Of a stretch of 32,000 nucleotides of DNA, positions 31,878-32,000 are shown one piece after another. The stretch is from an uncultured archaeon (lineage in GTDB: Archaea > Iainarchaeota > Iainarchaeia > Iainarchaeales > DATDZZ01): positions 68,325 through 100,324 of the forward strand of contig CAYJVY010000006.1 of NCBI GenBank assembly GCA_964373795.1, in the 5' to 3' direction. Every line of letters starts with the position of its first letter. The stretch's first letter is position 1. The notes under the pieces were generated by a model. The model searched no databases and was not told the origin of the DNA. It worked only from the letters and a program-made list of their open reading frames with translations. The position numbers were made by a program, and so were the translations under genes.

Positions 31878-32000
31878 ATGACTCAATGGCATTCAAAATC
31901 AAAGAAAAAACGTACTGGTGGAATAAGAAAAACACTTAATAGGTGTGATAAAAAGCTTGCCTGGAAAGGCTCTATGCCGACTGAAACAAAGGTTGCAGCC
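31878..32000 (+). CDS. rps8e: Ribosomal protein S8e, N-terminal 41 codons (runs off the right edge)
   Basis: My own translation gives MTQWHSKSKKKRTGGIRKTLNRCDKKLAWKGSMPTETKVAA. The W-x-x-x-S-x-x-K-x-T-G-G pattern and 'TETKV' match the S8e N-terminus. Confidence 0.65.
   Translation, partial: MTQWHSKSKKKRTGGIRKTLNRCDKKLAWKGSMPTETKVAA

Noticed and set aside
1-32000. CRISPR arrays, rRNA genes, transposases or integrases, and alternative genetic code
   Set aside because: I saw no regularly spaced repeats and no rRNA-like GC-rich blocks. I recognised no DDE, tyrosine or serine recombinase motifs. All well-known genes read through intact with the standard stop codons.

Overview
This is an AT-rich (about 30% G+C by eye), very gene-dense archaeal chromosome segment. 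Archaeal hallmarks include a histone-fold protein, Hef helicase/XPF nuclease, Cgi121, ribosomal protein S8e, archaeal-type TyrRS and CMP kinase, a split transketolase and form III RuBisCO. TTTAAATA-like TATA boxes sit about 22-38 nt upstream of start codons. The lysine-rich proteome, tiny intergenic spacers and patchy metabolism fit a small-genome DPANN-like archaeon, but that placement is inference. I call about 44 CDS and one tRNA-Leu(CAA). I see no rRNA, CRISPR array, transposase or integrase. The metabolic core is rpiB, rpe, tal, tkt-N, tkt-C and rbcL, plus an HD 5'-nucleotidase and cmk, which suggests nucleotide/pentose salvage. The most notable observations are: (1) a hicAB cassette bracketed by perfect 51-bp direct repeats that duplicate the overlapping 3' ends of two convergent housekeeping genes; (2) an unknown ORF wedged between the two halves of the split transketolase, with protein-kinase-like motif spacing but truncated; (3) five minus-strand ORFs of unknown function that share arginine-rich N-termini; (4) an SPPY (N4-cytosine-type) methyltransferase followed by an unknown 214-aa ORF that could be an unrecognised nuclease partner; (5) a surface module of a giant vWA lipoprotein, a lipoprotein split at a homopolymer, an SPFH protein and a polytopic membrane protein. 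All family calls rest on motif recognition by eye, since no searches were run.
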